The position numbers were made by a program, and so were the translations under genes. A stretch of 54,991 nt of DNA, taken from assembly GCA_043812035.1 (NCBI GenBank), contig JBDRMR010000034.1, positions 1 through 54,991 of the forward strand, written 5' to 3'. The stretch comes from Candidatus Omnitrophota bacterium. Lineage in GTDB: Bacteria > Omnitrophota > Gorgyraeia > Gygaellales > JAHJCI01. The notes beneath the pieces were generated by a model. The model worked only from the letters and a program-made list of their open reading frames with translations, ran no database searches and was not told the DNA's origin. Positions 17,898 to 30,201 of the stretch are shown here, piece by piece. Position 1 is the stretch's first letter; each line of letters opens with the position of its first letter.

Positions 17898-20800
17898 ATG
17901 GAAGAATTGACTCAATTTGACAACATAAGCATAAAAATAGCTTCACCCCAGGTTATAAGGAGCTGGTCTTTCGGAGAAGTAAAAAAGGCGGAGACCATTA
18001 ATTACCGCACCTTAAAGCCCGAGAAAGACGGCTTATTCTGCGAAAAAATATTCGGCCCGGTGCGGGACTGGGAATGCCACTGCGGCAAGTACAAGGGAAT
18101 GAAGTTTAAGGGGATTACCTGCGACCGCTGCGGAGTTACTATCGACCATTCCGTTGTCCGGCGCCAGCGTATGGGGCATATCGAGCTGGCGGCTCCCTCG
18201 ACCCACGTGTGGTTTTTCAAGGCTGTTCCCAGCCGCTTATCCGCTTTGCTGAATCTGGGACTGCGGGAGCTGGAAAGGGTTATATATTACGAACAGTATA
18301 TAGTCCTTGACCCCGGGGAAACGCCCCTCAAGAGACACGAGCTCCTGACCGAAGATAAATACAGCGAAGCCAGGGAAAAATACGGTTCTGCTTTTACGGC
18401 TAAAATAGGCGCGGAGGCAATCCGGGATATGTTGAAAGGCCTGGATTCGGACAGCCTAATCGCCAAGCTCAAAAAGAACCTGGCTAATTCCAAAGAGGCT
18501 CTCAATAACCGGAAGATGCTCAAGACCCTCAAGATAGTCCAGGACTTTAAAAAGTCCGGGAATCGCCCCGAGTGGATGATATTGGAGGTTTTGCCGGTCA
18601 TTCCTCCCGACTTAAGGCCGCTCGTGCCTTTAGACGGAGGCAGGTTTGCTACGTCGGATTTGAACGATTTATACAGGCGGGTAATCAACCGCAACAACCG
18701 TTTGAAAAAATTGATAGATTTAAAAGCCCCGGACATTATTATCCGCAACGAAAAAAGAATGCTGCAGGAGGCGGTAGATGCGCTTCTGGATAACGGCAGG
18801 CACGGCAGGCCGGTGTTAACCGCGAATAACCGGCCGCTAAAGTCGCTTTCGGATATGCTTAAAGGCAAACAAGGCCGGTTCCGCCAGAACCTGCTGGGCA
18901 AGCGCGTTGATTATTCCGGCCGCTCGGTAATCGTAATCGGACCGAACCTGAATATGCATGAGTGCGGCCTGCCCAAGCAGATGGCTATAGAGCTGTTCGA
19001 GCCTTTTATCATCAGGAAGCTGCGCGAAAAAGGCTTTGTCCATACTATTAAAGGCGCGCGCCGTATGGTGGAGCGCGGCAAGATAGAAGTCTGGGATATT
19101 CTGGAGGAAGTGATACGGGACCACCCGATACTGTTGAACCGGGCGCCTACCTTGCACCGGTTAAGCGTTCAGGCTTTTCAACCGAAACTGACAGAAAGCA
19201 AATCGATTAAAATCCACCCACTGGTCTGCACCGCTTTTAACGCGGATTTTGACGGCGACCAGATGGCCGTGCACGTTCCCTTATCCTTAGAAGCGCAGAT
19301 GGAGTGCCGCGTTCTAATGCTTTCCACCAACAATATATTTTCTCCCGCAAACGGGCTCCCCATAACCAGTCCCACGCAGGACATAATTTTGGGCTGCTCT
19401 TACCTGACCAAAGAAAAACCGGGCTGTCGGGGAGAAGGGAATTTCTTCGCAAACATAGATGAAGTAACGAGCGCATTAAACGACGACATGATAGACCTGC
19501 ACGCAAAGATAAAATTAAGGCAGGATAAGATTTTCGATCTGGAAGAGAGAAAAGTTGTAGAGGAAAAGCAAATCATCCCCACAACGCCCGGGAGGATTAT
19601 ATTCAACGGCTTGCTGCCTCCGGATTTCGGATTCGTTAACAAGGAGCTGAACAAGAAGAATGTCGCGGAAATCATCCAGGAGTGCTACGGCCGTTTCGGC
19701 CATACCCGGACAATCAAATTGCTGGACGCCATAAAAGACCTCGGGTTCGAATACGCTACCCTGGGAGGAATCTCCATTGCCGTAGATGACCTTCAGATAC
19801 CCAAAGAGAAAGCCGAGGTTCTCAGGAAAGCTCAGGAGGAAGTAAAGAAGGTTGAGGAGCAATACCAAAAAGGAATAATTACCCAGAGAGAAAGATATAA
19901 CCGGGTAGTGGACATCTGGACTCACGCAACTGACCGCGTTTCCGATTATCTGTTTTCGGGCATGGACCCGTTTAACCCGATATTTATGATGGCGGATTCC
20001 GGAGCCAGGGGTTCCCGTCTGCAAATCAGGCAGCTGGCCGGAATGCGCGGGCTTATGGCCAAGCCTTCCGGAGAAATCATCGAAAGCCCGATTATGGCTA
20101 ACTTCCGCGAAGGATTGACCGTTTTGGAATACTTTATATCTACTCACGGAGCCAGAAAGGGACTGGCTGACACGGCCTTAAAGACGGCGGATGCCGGATA
20201 CTTGACCCGCAGGCTTATCGACGTGGCTCAGGAAGTAATCGTCCTGGAAGACGACTGCGGCACCTTAAACGGCATTACCGTATCGGCTATCATCGAGGGA
20301 GACGAAATCGTCGTCCCGCTTAGTGAGCGAATAATAGGCCGCACGGCTCTGGATAACGTCGTGGACGTAATCACCGACCAGGTTATAGTAGAGGCGGGAA
20401 AAGAAATTACCGATGAAAAGGCCGCGGTAATCGAAAGGCTGGGAATCGAAAGGATTAGAATTCGCAGCGTTCTGACCTGCGAAACGGAACGCGGCGTATG
20501 CGCGAAGTGTTACGGAAAAGACCTGGCGCGCGGTAAGACGGTGGAAGGCGGAGAAGCAGTCGGAATAATTGCCGCCCAGAGTATCGGCGAACCCGGCACC
20601 CAGCTGACTATGCGCACCTTCCACATCGGAGGAACCGCATCCCGCATCGTTGAGCGTTCCTTCATTAAATCCAAAAATAAAGGCGTGCTTAAATACCATA
20701 ATCTCAGAACAGTTGAAAGAAATAAGGAATTTATCGTGCTTAACCGCAACGGCTCTATCAGCATTAACGATAAAGAGAGCAGAGAGCTAGAGCGCCATCC

Positions 20801-21899
20801 CGTGCCTCACGGAGCTATTATTTCAGTCAGCGACGGCGAGGAAATAAACAAGGGCGTGTCGTTCATAAATTGGGACCCCTACACATCGCTGGTGTTAACC
20901 GAGGTTAGCGGTAAGGTAAAGCACGAAGACTTGACCATAAACGTAACCCTGGAAGAGGAATTCAACCCCGTAACCAAGGTTACGGAGTATGTGCTGATTG
21001 AACACAAGCCAGAATTTCATCCTCAGATGTTGATTCTGGACGACAAAGGTGAGATGCTGGGGATTTACCCTATTCCTGTGGGCGCTCACATTTTGGCGAA
21101 AGACGGCCAAAGGGTAAAGGCCGGTGATTTACTGGCAAAAACCCCCCGGACTATCAGCAAAACCCGCGATATAACCGGCGGTCTGCCGCGCGTTGCCGAG
21201 TTGTTTGAGGCACGCAGGCCTAAGAATCCGGCAATAATCAGCGAAATAGACGGTTTTGTGGAGTTCGGAGAGACAAAGAAAGCGCAGCGCGTAATCATTG
21301 TGCGCTCTCCCACGGGAATGCAAAGGGAATACATAATTCCTCACGGCAAACATCCCAATGTTTACAAAGGCGACCGCGTGGCAGCGGGCCAGCAGCTCAC
21401 CGACGGACCCGTGGTTCTGCAGGATATATTAAGCGTCTGTGGAGATAAGGCGCTTCAGGAATACCTGGTTAATGAAGTTCAGGAGGTTTACCGGCTCCAG
21501 GGAGTCCAGATAAACGATAAACACATAGAGTTGATTATCCGCCAAATGCTGAAAAAGGTTAGAATCGAAGATGCCGGAGACACGGAATTTTTGCCCGGAG
21601 AATATGTGGATAAATGGAAATTCAAAAAGGAGAACGCCCGCGTAATGAAAAAAGGGGGAAATGCCGCTTCCGCTACTCCGCAGTTGCAGGGCATTACCAA
21701 GGCATCCTTAAGCACTGAAAGTTTCATTTCTGCCGCGAGCTTTCAGGAAACGACCCGCGTATTGTCGGATGCGGCGGCTTCCGGTAAGCAAGACGGATTA
21801 TACGGGCTGAAGGAAAGCGTAATCGTAGGGCAATTAATTCCTGCCGGGACGGGGTTCGGCCTGCATAAGGATGTGGAAATAGAAAAAGATAGCAAATAG
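17898..21899 (+). CDS. rpoC: RNA polymerase beta' subunit
   Basis: Catalytic NADFDGDQM, zinc-binding cysteines, [13 protein letters not shown], and a trigger-loop insertion. Confidence 0.99.
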   Translation: MEELTQFDNISIKIASPQVIRSWSFGEVKKAETINYRTLKPEKDGLFCEKIFGPVRDWECHCGKYKGMKFKGITCDRCGVTIDHSVVRRQRMGHIELAAPSTHVWFFKAVPSRLSALLNLGLRELERVIYYEQYIVLDPGETPLKRHELLTEDKYSEAREKYGSAFTAKIGAEAIRDMLKGLDSDSLIAKLKKNLANSKEALNNRKMLKTLKIVQDFKKSGNRPEWMILEVLPVIPPDLRPLVPLDGGRFATSDLNDLYRRVINRNNRLKKLIDLKAPDIIIRNEKRMLQEAVDALLDNGRHGRPVLTANNRPLKSLSDMLKGKQGRFRQNLLGKRVDYSGRSVIVIGPNLNMHECGLPKQMAIELFEPFIIRKLREKGFVHTIKGARRMVERGKIEVWDILEEVIRDHPILLNRAPTLHRLSVQAFQPKLTESKSIKIHPLVCTAFNADFDGDQMAVHVPLSLEAQMECRVLMLSTNNIFSPANGLPITSPTQDIILGCSYLTKEKPGCRGEGNFFANIDEVTSALNDDMIDLHAKIKLRQDKIFDLEERKVVEEKQIIPTTPGRIIFNGLLPPDFGFVNKELNKKNVAEIIQECYGRFGHTRTIKLLDAIKDLGFEYATLGGISIAVDDLQIPKEKAEVLRKAQEEVKKVEEQYQKGIITQRERYNRVVDIWTHATDRVSDYLFSGMDPFNPIFMMADSGARGSRLQIRQLAGMRGLMAKPSGEIIESPIMANFREGLTVLEYFISTHGARKGLADTALKTADAGYLTRRLIDVAQEVIVLEDDCGTLNGITVSAIIEGDEIVVPLSERIIGRTALDNVVDVITDQVIVEAGKEITDEKAAVIERLGIERIRIRSVLTCETERGVCAKCYGKDLARGKTVEGGEAVGIIAAQSIGEPGTQLTMRTFHIGGTASRIVERSFIKSKNKGVLKYHNLRTVERNKEFIVLNRNGSISINDKESRELERHPVPHGAIISVSDGEEINKGVSFINWDPYTSLVLTEVSGKVKHEDLTINVTLEEEFNPVTKVTEYVLIEHKPEFHPQMLILDDKGEMLGIYPIPVGAHILAKDGQRVKAGDLLAKTPRTISKTRDITGGLPRVAELFEARRPKNPAIISEIDGFVEFGETKKAQRVIIVRSPTGMQREYIIPHGKHPNVYKGDRVAAGQQLTDGPVVLQDILSVCGDKALQEYLVNEVQEVYRLQGVQINDKHIELIIRQMLKKVRIEDAGDTEFLPGEYVDKWKFKKENARVMKKGGNAASATPQLQGITKASLSTESFISAASFQETTRVLSDAAASGKQDGLYGLKESVIVGQLIPAGTGFGLHKDVEIEKDSK

Positions 21900-21901
21900 A
21901 T

Positions 21902-22273
21902 ATGCCTACAATTACTCAGCTGATAAGAAAAGGGCGCGCAAATAAGACTAAAAAAACAAAATCTCCCGCTCTGAAGTCTTGCCCGCAGAGAAGAGGGGTA
22001 TGTATCCAGGTGCGGACTATGACGCCCAAGAAACCCAATTCCGCCCTGCGTAAGATTGCCAGAGTCAGGCTAACCACCGGTATCGAAGTCACCGCTTATA
22101 TACCGGGAGAAGGCCATAACCTGCAGGAGCATTCTATCGTCCTGGTTAGAGGCGGGCGCGTAAAGGATTTACCGGGAGTCCGTTATCACATAGTGCGGGG
22201 CACTTTAGACGCCGCAGGCGTAGCCCAGCGAAGAAGGTCCCGTTCTAAATACGGAGCGAAAAGACCTAAGTAG
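21902..22273 (+). CDS. rpsL: 30S ribosomal protein S12
   Basis: [11 protein letters not shown] and [10 protein letters not shown]. Confidence 0.99.
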   Translation: MPTITQLIRKGRANKTKKTKSPALKSCPQRRGVCIQVRTMTPKKPNSALRKIARVRLTTGIEVTAYIPGEGHNLQEHSIVLVRGGRVKDLPGVRYHIVRGTLDAAGVAQRRRSRSKYGAKRPK

Positions 22274-22280
22274 GATTAAG

Positions 22281-22751
22281 ATGAGAAGACGAAAAGCGCA
22301 AGCCAGAGAAGTAATGCCGGACCCGAAATTCAACAGTAAAAGCGTCAGCAAATTCATAAATATGGTAATGCTGCGCGGGGAGATGACTGTTGCTCAAAAG
22401 ATTGTTTACGGGGCGTTCGATATAGTTAAGGAAAGAACCGGCGAGTCCGACGTTCTCATGGTGTTCCACAAGGCGCTGGAAAACGTCCGGCCGCGTCTGG
22501 AGGTAAAATCAAGAAGAATCGGAGGCGCCACCTATCAGGTCCCGATTGAGGTAAATAAGGCAAGGGGTTTATCTTTGGCTTTGCGGTGGGTTAGAGATTT
22601 TGCCAGGACTAAGAAAGGCAGGCCGATGGAAGTAAAGCTGGCCGATGAGTTAATCGCGGCTTATAAAGGCGAGGGCTCCGCTGTAAAGAAGCGGGACGAC
22701 CTCCATAAGATGGCTGAGGCAAACCGTGCGTTTGCGCATTTCAGGTGGTAA
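22281..22751 (+). CDS. rpsG: 30S ribosomal protein S7
   Basis: [12 protein letters not shown] and [13 protein letters not shown]. Confidence 0.99.
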   Translation: MRRRKAQAREVMPDPKFNSKSVSKFINMVMLRGEMTVAQKIVYGAFDIVKERTGESDVLMVFHKALENVRPRLEVKSRRIGGATYQVPIEVNKARGLSLALRWVRDFARTKKGRPMEVKLADELIAAYKGEGSAVKKRDDLHKMAEANRAFAHFRW

Positions 22752-22754
22752 TAA

Positions 22755-22815
22755 AAGCGTATAGCGTGTAGCGTTTAGTATTCTCTATCCGCTATACGCT
22801 CTACGCTATACGCTA
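22755..22815. repeat. Heptamer-based inverted repeat element, copy 1 (TAGCGTA family)
   Basis: AAGCGTA TAGCGTG TAGCGTT TAG, a short spacer, then CTATCCG CTATACG CTCTACG CTATACG CTA. Confidence 0.85.
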
Positions 22816-22821
22816 ATAAAT

Positions 22822-24918
22822 ATGGAAAACAATTCTTTAAACAATATTCGCAATATGGGTTTTATAGCGCACATCGACGCCGGAAAGACCACGACTACCG
22901 AGCGCATACTGTTTTTCACCGGCAGGTCTTATAAAATCGGCGAGGTTGACTTAGGCACGGCAGCTATGGATTGGATGATTCAAGAGCAGGAGCGCGGCAT
23001 TACTATAACCTCGGCGTCAACGACGTGCTTATGGCGCGAGCACCAGATAAATATCATTGATACGCCCGGCCACGTCGATTTTATAGTTGAAGTGGAAAGG
23101 TCGTTAAAGGTTTTAGACGGAGCCGTAGTTATATTTTGCGCCGTAGGAGGGGTTGAGCCGCAGTCGGAGACGGTCTGGCGCCAGGCCGACCGCTATAACG
23201 TAGGGCGGCTCGCGTTCGTTAATAAAATTGACAGGGTGGGCGCCGATTTTTTCGGGACATTGGAGCAGATGCGCAGCCGGTTAGCAGCCAATGCAGCCGC
23301 TATACAGCTGCCTTACGGTATCGAGGACGGCTTTAAGGCGATAATCGATTTGATTAACGAGAAACTGCTTATTTTTAGCGATGAACCGGTAAAAGAGTTC
23401 GATGTTGAGGACGTGCCCGAAGATTATGCGCAACTCGTAAAAAAATATCGCGAGCTCCTCATTGAAAGGCTGGCCGAAGGCGACGAGGCAATAATGGACA
23501 AGTTTGTTCACGCCAAGCCGATCGGGCCTGAGGATATCAAAGCGGCAATCCGCCGCGCTACTCTGGCAAACAGGTTTGTGCCGGTGCTGTGCGGAGCGTC
23601 TCTGAGGAATAAGGGGATACAGCCGCTAATGGATGCAATTTGCGACTTTTTGCCTTCTCCCTGCGACGTGCCGGCAATAAAGGGAATAGAGCCGAGCACC
23701 GGAGATTACGAAGAAAGAACCGTGGATTTCGAAGCGCCCTTCTGCGCTCTCTGCTTTAAGATAATGTCCGACCCGTATGTGGGGAGGTTGAATTTTATCC
23801 GCGTTTATTCGGGAACGCTTACGTCCGGAACATATGTTTACAATGCCTCCCGGAGAATAAAAGAGCGGGTTACCAAAATTGTGCGCATGCACGCTAATCG
23901 TCAGGAAATAGTGGAGTACGCCCGCGCGGGAGACATAGTTGCCGTTATCGGTTTAAAGGAAGTCAAGACAGGCGATACTCTCTGCGACGAAAACGCACCT
24001 ATTATTATCGAAAAAATCCGTTTTCCCGAGCCGGTTATTTCGATGAGCATCGAACCGAGAGGAAAAGAAGACCAGGAAAAGTTAGGCTTTGCCTTAAGAA
24101 AACTGGAGGACGAAGACCCCACCTTCTCGGTTAGTTATAATTCGGAAACCGGCCAGACCCTGATATCCGGAATGGGTCAGCTGCATCTGGAAATAGCCGT
24201 TGACAGGATGATGCGCGAATTCAATATTGAGGCCAAAGTAGGTCAACCTCAGGTGGCTTACCGCGAAACCGTTACCAGAAAGGTGAGCTCGACCGGGAAA
24301 TTCGTCCACCAGACCGGAGGGCACGGCCAGTACGGCCACGTTGTTCTTCGGCTGGAGCCGCAAGAGACCCCCGGGACCGGGATAACTTTTACGGATAAGA
24401 TAAAAAGCGGTTCAATACCGAACGAGTTTATTCCCGCGGTGGAAGAGGGCGTGAGAAACGCGGCGAAAAGCGGCTGTCTGGCAGGGTATCCGGTTACCGA
24501 TATTGCGGTTACTTTAATGGACGGCTCTTATCACGAAGTGGATTCTTCGGAATTGGCGTTTCAGGTGGCTGCGGGAATGGCTTTCAACGACGGAATCAAG
24601 AAAGGCAGCCCCGTTCTGATGGAGCCGATAATGGATTTGGAAATAGTGGTGCCCGAAGAATATATGGGGCAGATTTTAGGGGATTTAAACGGCCGCAGAG
24701 CCAAGGTCGGCGCGTTGAATCAGCGTAAGCAGCTGCGCATTATTCGCGCCTACGTTCCTTTGGCCGAGGTATTTAACTATGCTACAATCATGAGGTCCCT
24801 GACCCAGGGTCGGGGAACCTATACAATGGAGCCCTCGTATTATGCCAAGGTGCCTTCATATATAGCAGAGAAAATTATCGGTTTGTCGATAAGCACCCCG
24901 TCAGGCAGGCCGCGTTGA
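22822..24918 (+). CDS. fusA: Elongation factor G
   Basis: [34 protein letters not shown] and PQVAYRET. Confidence 0.98.
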   Translation: MENNSLNNIRNMGFIAHIDAGKTTTTERILFFTGRSYKIGEVDLGTAAMDWMIQEQERGITITSASTTCLWREHQINIIDTPGHVDFIVEVERSLKVLDGAVVIFCAVGGVEPQSETVWRQADRYNVGRLAFVNKIDRVGADFFGTLEQMRSRLAANAAAIQLPYGIEDGFKAIIDLINEKLLIFSDEPVKEFDVEDVPEDYAQLVKKYRELLIERLAEGDEAIMDKFVHAKPIGPEDIKAAIRRATLANRFVPVLCGASLRNKGIQPLMDAICDFLPSPCDVPAIKGIEPSTGDYEERTVDFEAPFCALCFKIMSDPYVGRLNFIRVYSGTLTSGTYVYNASRRIKERVTKIVRMHANRQEIVEYARAGDIVAVIGLKEVKTGDTLCDENAPIIIEKIRFPEPVISMSIEPRGKEDQEKLGFALRKLEDEDPTFSVSYNSETGQTLISGMGQLHLEIAVDRMMREFNIEAKVGQPQVAYRETVTRKVSSTGKFVHQTGGHGQYGHVVLRLEPQETPGTGITFTDKIKSGSIPNEFIPAVEEGVRNAAKSGCLAGYPVTDIAVTLMDGSYHEVDSSELAFQVAAGMAFNDGIKKGSPVLMEPIMDLEIVVPEEYMGQILGDLNGRRAKVGALNQRKQLRIIRAYVPLAEVFNYATIMRSLTQGRGTYTMEPSYYAKVPSYIAEKIIGLSISTPSGRPR

Positions 24919-24919
24919 T

Positions 24920-25006
24920 GCCTGCCTACCGGCAGGCAGGCAGGCCAGCAGTTCGGCAGGCTGGCTGACAAGAAAATCGCTTCGCGATAATTTCAATGCG
25001 ATTTTC
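24920..25006. repeat. Cluster of REP-like palindromes between fusA and tuf
   Basis: GCCTGCCT-ACCGGC-AGGCAGGC (24920-24941), GCCAGC..GCTGGC (24944-24965), and GAAAATCGC..GCGATTTTC (24972-25006). Confidence 0.65.
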
Positions 25007-25061
25007 AGTGGTTAGGAAAGTGTTCTATACTTTCCTATACTATAAAAAAAAGGAGGTAGAG

Positions 25062-26264
25062 ATGGCTAAGGAGAAATTTGTCAGGACTAAGCCGCATTTA
25101 AATATCGGAACCATTGGCCATGTAGACCATGGAAAAACAACTTTAACCTCGGCAATAACCATGGTGCTTAATAAAAAAGGATATGCCGAGGCAAGGAGTT
25201 TCGACTCGATTGATAACGCTCCGGAAGAGAAGGAAAGAGGCGTAACAATCAATATCGCCCACGTTGAATACCAGACCGATAATCGCCACTATGCGCACAT
25301 TGACTGCCCGGGCCACGCAGATTACATCAAGAATATGATCACCGGAGCGGCTCAAATGGACGGCGCGGTACTGGTTGTTTCCGCCGCCGACGGCCCGATG
25401 CCTCAGACCCGCGAGCACATCCTGTTAGCCCGCCAGGTAAACGTTCCCTCTATCGTGGTTTTCCTCAACAAAGTGGATATGGTATCGGATGCGGAATTGA
25501 TTGACCTGGTTGAAATGGAAGTGAGAGATTTGTTGACAAAGTATGAATTTCCCGGCGACAAGACACCGATTATAAAGGGGAGCGCTTTAAACGCGATGAA
25601 TTGCGGCTGCGGCAAGGATGACTGCCCGAGCTGCAAGCCGATTCTCGATTTAATGAAATCGGTGGACGAATTCATCCCCTTGCCCAAGCGGGAACTGGAT
25701 AAGCCGTTCCTTATGGCAATTGAGGATGTGTTCACAATCGAAGGCCGCGGAACAGTCGGCACGGGAAGGGTCGAGCGCGGCAAAGTCAGTCTTAATGCCG
25801 AGGTTGATGTCGTCGGGTTAAGGCCGGAACCGAGAAAGACGGTCGTGACCGGAATCGAGATGTTCAGAAAGATCCTTGACGAATCGCAAGCCGGAGATAA
25901 CGTAGGGTTGCTTTTAAGGGGTATGGACAAGAAAGAGCTTGAGCGCGGAATGGTTGTGGCTGCGCCGGGCTCGATTACGCCTCATACCAAGTTTAAGGCA
26001 CAAGTTTATGTTTTAACCAAAGAAGAAGGCGGAAGACATACGCCTTTCTTCAGCGGCTATAGACCTCAATTCTACTTCAGGACCACGGACGTTACCGGGT
26101 CGGTTAAGTTGCCTCAGGGCGCTGAAATGGTTATGCCCGGAGACAATGCCAATCTGGAAGTGGAGCTGATAGTGCCTATAGCGTTGGAAAAAGAATCCAG
26201 GTTCGCTATCCGCGAAGGCGGTCATACGGTAGGAGCCGGGGTCGTCTCGGAAATAATTCAGTAA
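25062..26264 (+). CDS. tuf: Elongation factor Tu (start revised to 25062)
   Basis: AGGAGG RBS at 25051 before [12 protein letters not shown]; [17 protein letters not shown] and NKVD. Confidence 0.99.
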   Translation: MAKEKFVRTKPHLNIGTIGHVDHGKTTLTSAITMVLNKKGYAEARSFDSIDNAPEEKERGVTINIAHVEYQTDNRHYAHIDCPGHADYIKNMITGAAQMDGAVLVVSAADGPMPQTREHILLARQVNVPSIVVFLNKVDMVSDAELIDLVEMEVRDLLTKYEFPGDKTPIIKGSALNAMNCGCGKDDCPSCKPILDLMKSVDEFIPLPKRELDKPFLMAIEDVFTIEGRGTVGTGRVERGKVSLNAEVDVVGLRPEPRKTVVTGIEMFRKILDESQAGDNVGLLLRGMDKKELERGMVVAAPGSITPHTKFKAQVYVLTKEEGGRHTPFFSGYRPQFYFRTTDVTGSVKLPQGAEMVMPGDNANLEVELIVPIALEKESRFAIREGGHTVGAGVVSEIIQ

Positions 26265-26292
26265 CTCACAGAGAAGCAGTATCCAGTAAGCT

Positions 26293-26592
26293 ATGGAAAA
26301 AATTCGGATAAAACTTAAGGCTTACGACCACCGCCTGTTAGATCGAACGGTAGGCGATATAGTGGAAACGGTGCGCCGGACAGGAGCAGTCCTGCACGGC
26401 CCTATTCCTCTGCCTACCAAAAAAGAGCTGTATACTGTTTTGCGTTCGCCGGTTATAGATAAAAAGTCCCGCGAGCAATTTGCGCTATCGATACACAAGA
26501 GACTTTTGGAAATACTGGAGCCTACTTCAAAAACCGTCGACGCTCTAAGAAAGCTGAATTTACCGGCAGGTGTTGATGTGGAAATAAAATAA
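26293..26592 (+). CDS. rpsJ: 30S ribosomal protein S10
   Basis: [21 protein letters not shown] and KSREQF. Confidence 0.98.
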   Translation: MEKIRIKLKAYDHRLLDRTVGDIVETVRRTGAVLHGPIPLPTKKELYTVLRSPVIDKKSREQFALSIHKRLLEILEPTSKTVDALRKLNLPAGVDVEIK

Positions 26593-26600
26593 GTGAAGCG

Positions 26601-27065
26601 ATGATAAAATTATCGGGGAAAAAAATAGGGATGACCCATATCTTTACCGAGGAAGGCAAGAGGTGTCCGGTTACGGTTATCGAGATAGAGCCTTCCCCGG
26701 AACAAGGGCAGGAGCAAGAACAAGAAACCGCTCAGTTTAAGCCGGGAAATTTTGTTGACATTACGGGCGTCTCTAAAGGCAAAGGGTTTCAGGGCGGAAT
26801 GAAGCGGTGGAATTGGAGCGGCGGTCCCAAGACCCGTGGCTCAATGTCTCATCGCCGCGTAGGTTCTATCGGCGCAAGCGCCAGCCCGAGCAGGGTCTTT
26901 AAAGGCAAGCATATGCCCGGCCATATGGGCAATAAGAAGGTAACCGTGCAGAATTTACAAATAATCAAGCTGGATAAAGAGCACAATCTTTTGGCGGTAG
27001 AAGGAGCGGTGCCGGGTCACAGAAACAGCAAATTGCTCATAAAAAAAGCTAAGAAAAAATCCTGA
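26601..27065 (+). CDS. rplC: 50S ribosomal protein L3, unusually short (154 aa)
   Basis: GKKIGMT, PVTVIE, VDITGVSKGKGFQGGMKRW, RVFKGKHMPGHMG and GAVPG. Confidence 0.93.
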   Translation: MIKLSGKKIGMTHIFTEEGKRCPVTVIEIEPSPEQGQEQEQETAQFKPGNFVDITGVSKGKGFQGGMKRWNWSGGPKTRGSMSHRRVGSIGASASPSRVFKGKHMPGHMGNKKVTVQNLQIIKLDKEHNLLAVEGAVPGHRNSKLLIKKAKKKS

Positions 27066-27709
27066 TGTCAATGCAGTTACCGGTATATAACCAACAAGGC
27101 AAAGAGACGCAAAAAATAAAATTAGACCCCGCAATTTTCGATGGAAAGGTCAACGAAGACGTGCTCTATCAGGCGGTTTTGATGTATAGAGCCAACCGCC
27201 GGAAAGGGTTAGCCGATACTTTAACGCGCGGGGAGGTTTCCGGAAGCGGCAAAAAACCCTGGCGGCAGAAAGGCACGGGCCGGGCCCGGGTAGGCTCTAT
27301 AAGGTCTCCTCTGTGGAGAAAAGGCGGCGTCATTTTCGGGCCGCACCCCCGCGATTTCGGTTTTGAGTTACCCCAAAAAATCAGAATAGCGGCTCTGAAG
27401 TCCAGCTTAAATGCCAAACTGAACGAGAACAACCTGCTTATTTTGGACGAGGTGAACATCGGTTCTTCCAAGACGAAAGAAGCGGTTAAAATATTATCAA
27501 ACTTAAAACTGGAGAAAAAAAGCACTCTGCTTATGCTCGAGAAGATAGATATCAACGCAAAGCTGAGTTTCAGGAATATCGGGTTTTTTGGAATAATCAG
27601 AGCTTCCGACGCCAATGCTTACCGGATTCTATCGGCCAATAAATTAATCCTTACGTTAAATGCGCTCAAGATTCTGGCCGGAAGAATAAAGGACGCGTAC
27701 ACAAAGTGA
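27065..27709 (+). CDS. rplD: 50S ribosomal protein L4
   Basis: KPWRQKGTGRARVGSIRSPLWRKGGVIFGP. Confidence 0.97.
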   Translation: MSMQLPVYNQQGKETQKIKLDPAIFDGKVNEDVLYQAVLMYRANRRKGLADTLTRGEVSGSGKKPWRQKGTGRARVGSIRSPLWRKGGVIFGPHPRDFGFELPQKIRIAALKSSLNAKLNENNLLILDEVNIGSSKTKEAVKILSNLKLEKKSTLLMLEKIDINAKLSFRNIGFFGIIRASDANAYRILSANKLILTLNALKILAGRIKDAYTK

Positions 27710-27713
27710 CCCA

Positions 27714-27992
27714 ATGGAATCGCCGTATCAGATAGTCAAAGCTTTGCTAAGGACGGAAAAATCGACGGTGCAGGAGCCCGAGGGCAAATACCTGTTTTTG
27801 GTAAATATGCGGGCCAGCAAAGCAGCTATAAAAACGGCCGTCCAGGAAATCTATAAAGTAGACGTGAAAAAGGTCAATACGATGGTGCAGCCGGGAAAGC
27901 TGCGAAGGATGAGATTTCAATTCGGCAAAACCCCGGATTATAAAAAAGCAATAGTGACCCTTGCCGAAGGGCAAAAGATAGAGGTTAGCTAA
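27714..27992 (+). CDS. rplW: 50S ribosomal protein L23
   Basis: TEKS, VKKVNT and KKAIVTL, in the expected position. Confidence 0.95.
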   Translation: MESPYQIVKALLRTEKSTVQEPEGKYLFLVNMRASKAAIKTAVQEIYKVDVKKVNTMVQPGKLRRMRFQFGKTPDYKKAIVTLAEGQKIEVS

Positions 27993-28018
27993 CCCTTGAC
28001 ATCGGGGATGTCAAGGGT
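27992..28018. repeat. Perfect 12-bp-stem palindrome, copy 1
   Basis: ACCCTTGACATC-GGG-GATGTCAAGGGT. Confidence 0.85.
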
Positions 28019-28030
28019 GGGCTCATTGAA

Positions 28031-28864
28031 ATGGGAATAAAGAAATATAAGCCAACAACTCCGTCGATGAGATGGACCAAGCTATCCGATTTCTCAGAAA
28101 TTACCAAACGGGAGCCGGAGAAGTCGCTGGTGGTTCCGCTCAAAAGAACAGGCGGCAGGAACTGTTACGGCCGTATCACCGTCCGGCACAGGGGCGGGGG
28201 GCATAAAAGGTTATACAGAATCATAGACTTTAAGCGGAATAAATTCGATACCCCCGGCAAGGTCGCTGCCTTCGAATACGACCCTAATCGCTCTGCCCGC
28301 ATAGCGCTCGTCGAGTATCCCGACGGGGAAAAAAGGTACATTCTGACTCCTTTAGGAATGAACATAGGGGATGAAATCGTATCTTCCAGGGAGGGCGAGG
28401 CAGATATAAAAGTCGGTAATTCCATGCCGATAAAATATATTCCTCAGGGCATAATGGTGCATAATATAGAACTTAGCCCGGGCAGAGGAGGTCAAATTGC
28501 GCGCAGCGCGGGTTCGTACGCTCAGATAATAGCGCGCGAAGAAAAAAGCGTTCATGTCAGAATGCCGTCCGGAGAAGTGCGGTTCATAAAGCCGGAGTGC
28601 CGGGCGACAATCGGCCAAACGGGAAATATCGAACACGAAGAGCAGACTATCGGTAAAGCCGGCCGGATGCGCTGGCTGGGAATCAGGCCGACGACAAGAG
28701 GCGTAGCTATGAATCCGGTCGACCATCCTCACGGAGGGGGCGAGGGAAAGTCCGGTCAGGGCAACCCCCATCCGGTCTCAAAGTGGGGACAGCCGACAAA
28801 GGGTTTTAAAACCAGGAAAAAAAACAAGTATTCGGATAAATATATCTTCAAAAAGAGAAAGTAG
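28031..28864 (+). CDS. rplB: 50S ribosomal protein L2
   Basis: [20 protein letters not shown] and [17 protein letters not shown]. Confidence 0.99.
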   Translation: MGIKKYKPTTPSMRWTKLSDFSEITKREPEKSLVVPLKRTGGRNCYGRITVRHRGGGHKRLYRIIDFKRNKFDTPGKVAAFEYDPNRSARIALVEYPDGEKRYILTPLGMNIGDEIVSSREGEADIKVGNSMPIKYIPQGIMVHNIELSPGRGGQIARSAGSYAQIIAREEKSVHVRMPSGEVRFIKPECRATIGQTGNIEHEEQTIGKAGRMRWLGIRPTTRGVAMNPVDHPHGGGEGKSGQGNPHPVSKWGQPTKGFKTRKKNKYSDKYIFKKRK

Positions 28865-28877
28865 GGGGTGCTGAAGT

Positions 28878-29165
28878 ATGCCAAGGTCAGTCAAGAAAGG
28901 TCCTTTTGTTGAGGAAAAACTTCAGAAAAAGGTCGAGCAAGCGCGCCGGGCCGGTTCGCGCCAGGCAATAAAGACCTGGTCAAGGCGTTCGACTGTTACC
29001 CCGGATTTTGTGGGATTGACTTTTGCCGTTTATGACGGACGCAAACATATTCCCGTTTTTATTACCGAGAATATGGTCGGGCACAAATTGGGAGAATTCG
29101 CGCCGACCAGAATATTCAAAAAACACGGCGGCGTAAAGGCAAAGAAATCGCCGGATAAAACGTAA
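28878..29165 (+). CDS. rpsS: 30S ribosomal protein S19
   Basis: [17 protein letters not shown] and [13 protein letters not shown]. Confidence 0.98.
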   Translation: MPRSVKKGPFVEEKLQKKVEQARRAGSRQAIKTWSRRSTVTPDFVGLTFAVYDGRKHIPVFITENMVGHKLGEFAPTRIFKKHGGVKAKKSPDKT

Positions 29166-29167
29166 AA

Positions 29168-29503
29168 ATGCTCGTGAAAGCTCAGGCAAAATTTTTAAGA
29201 ATATCGCCGACTAAAACAAGGCGGGTTATTAATTTACTGCGTGGAAAGGATGTTTTATCCGCTATGGCTATCCTCTGTAACATAAAAGCCCGTCCGCGGG
29301 AATATTTAAAAAAAATTTTAGATTCTGCCGTAGCGAATGCGAAAATTAAGGGTTTCGGTCCGGAGCAGCTCTATATTTCCAGAATAATCTGCGATAACGG
29401 GCCGGCCTGGAAAAGATACAGGGCGGCGGCGTTCGGCCGCGCGGCCCCGATAAAAAAAAGGACATCGCATATTAAAGTGGAGCTGGATTTAAAAAACCTT
29501 TAA
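29168..29503 (+). CDS. rplV: 50S ribosomal protein L22
   Basis: RISPTK, SAVANA and GRAAPIKKRTSHI. Confidence 0.96.
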   Translation: MLVKAQAKFLRISPTKTRRVINLLRGKDVLSAMAILCNIKARPREYLKKILDSAVANAKIKGFGPEQLYISRIICDNGPAWKRYRAAAFGRAAPIKKRTSHIKVELDLKNL

Positions 29504-29517
29504 CTTAGGTAACGGGT

Positions 29518-30201
29518 ATGGGACAAAAAGTTCATCCTTTGATTCTAAGAATCGGCATTATTAAAGACTGGCAGAGCCAGTGGTTTGCGCATTCGAAGGA
29601 GTATCCCAAATATATCCTCGAGGACTATAATATCCGCAAGTTCATAAAGGGGAGATTAAAGTTCGCCGCGATAAGCAAAATAATTATCGAGCGTCTGTCC
29701 GATAAGGTTAGAATAAAAATTCAGACTGCCCGCCCGGGGATGATTATAGGCCGCCACGGACAGGAGATTGAGCGGCTAAGAGAGGATATTAACAGCCTGG
29801 TAAATAAAGAGGTTTCTATCGACATCGAAGAAATAAAAAATCCCCAGCGGGATGCGCAATTGATAGCGGAAAGCGTCGCTTTTCAACTGGAAAAAAGAGT
29901 GGCTTTTCGCCGGGCCATAAAAAGAGCGATAGAACAGTCGTTAAGCGCGGGAGTTATGGGTATAAAAATTTCCGTTGCCGGCCGGCTGGGCGGAGCTGAA
30001 ATGTCCCGCCGGGAGACTTATAAGGAAGGGAAAGTCCCCTTGCAGACCTTAAGGGCCGATATAGATTATGGATTCGGCGAGGCCCATACCGCATACGGGA
30101 CCATAGGAGTAAAGGTCTGGATTTATAAGGGCGATACCATAATCGACCGCAAGAGCGAGCAACCCGAGGCTCAGCAAAAGGCTAAACAAGGTGAAAAATA
30201 A
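29518..30201 (+). CDS. rpsC: 30S ribosomal protein S3
   Basis: MGQKVHP, ARPGMIIG, GRLGGAEM and PLQTLRADIDYG. Confidence 0.98.
   Translation: MGQKVHPLILRIGIIKDWQSQWFAHSKEYPKYILEDYNIRKFIKGRLKFAAISKIIIERLSDKVRIKIQTARPGMIIGRHGQEIERLREDINSLVNKEVSIDIEEIKNPQRDAQLIAESVAFQLEKRVAFRRAIKRAIEQSLSAGVMGIKISVAGRLGGAEMSRRETYKEGKVPLQTLRADIDYGFGEAHTAYGTIGVKVWIYKGDTIIDRKSEQPEAQQKAKQGEK

Noticed and set aside
24996-25061. 22-aa N-terminal extension of EF-Tu
   Set aside because: A strong AGGAGG precedes the canonical MAKEKF start at 25062, and the upstream ATG lies within a palindrome.
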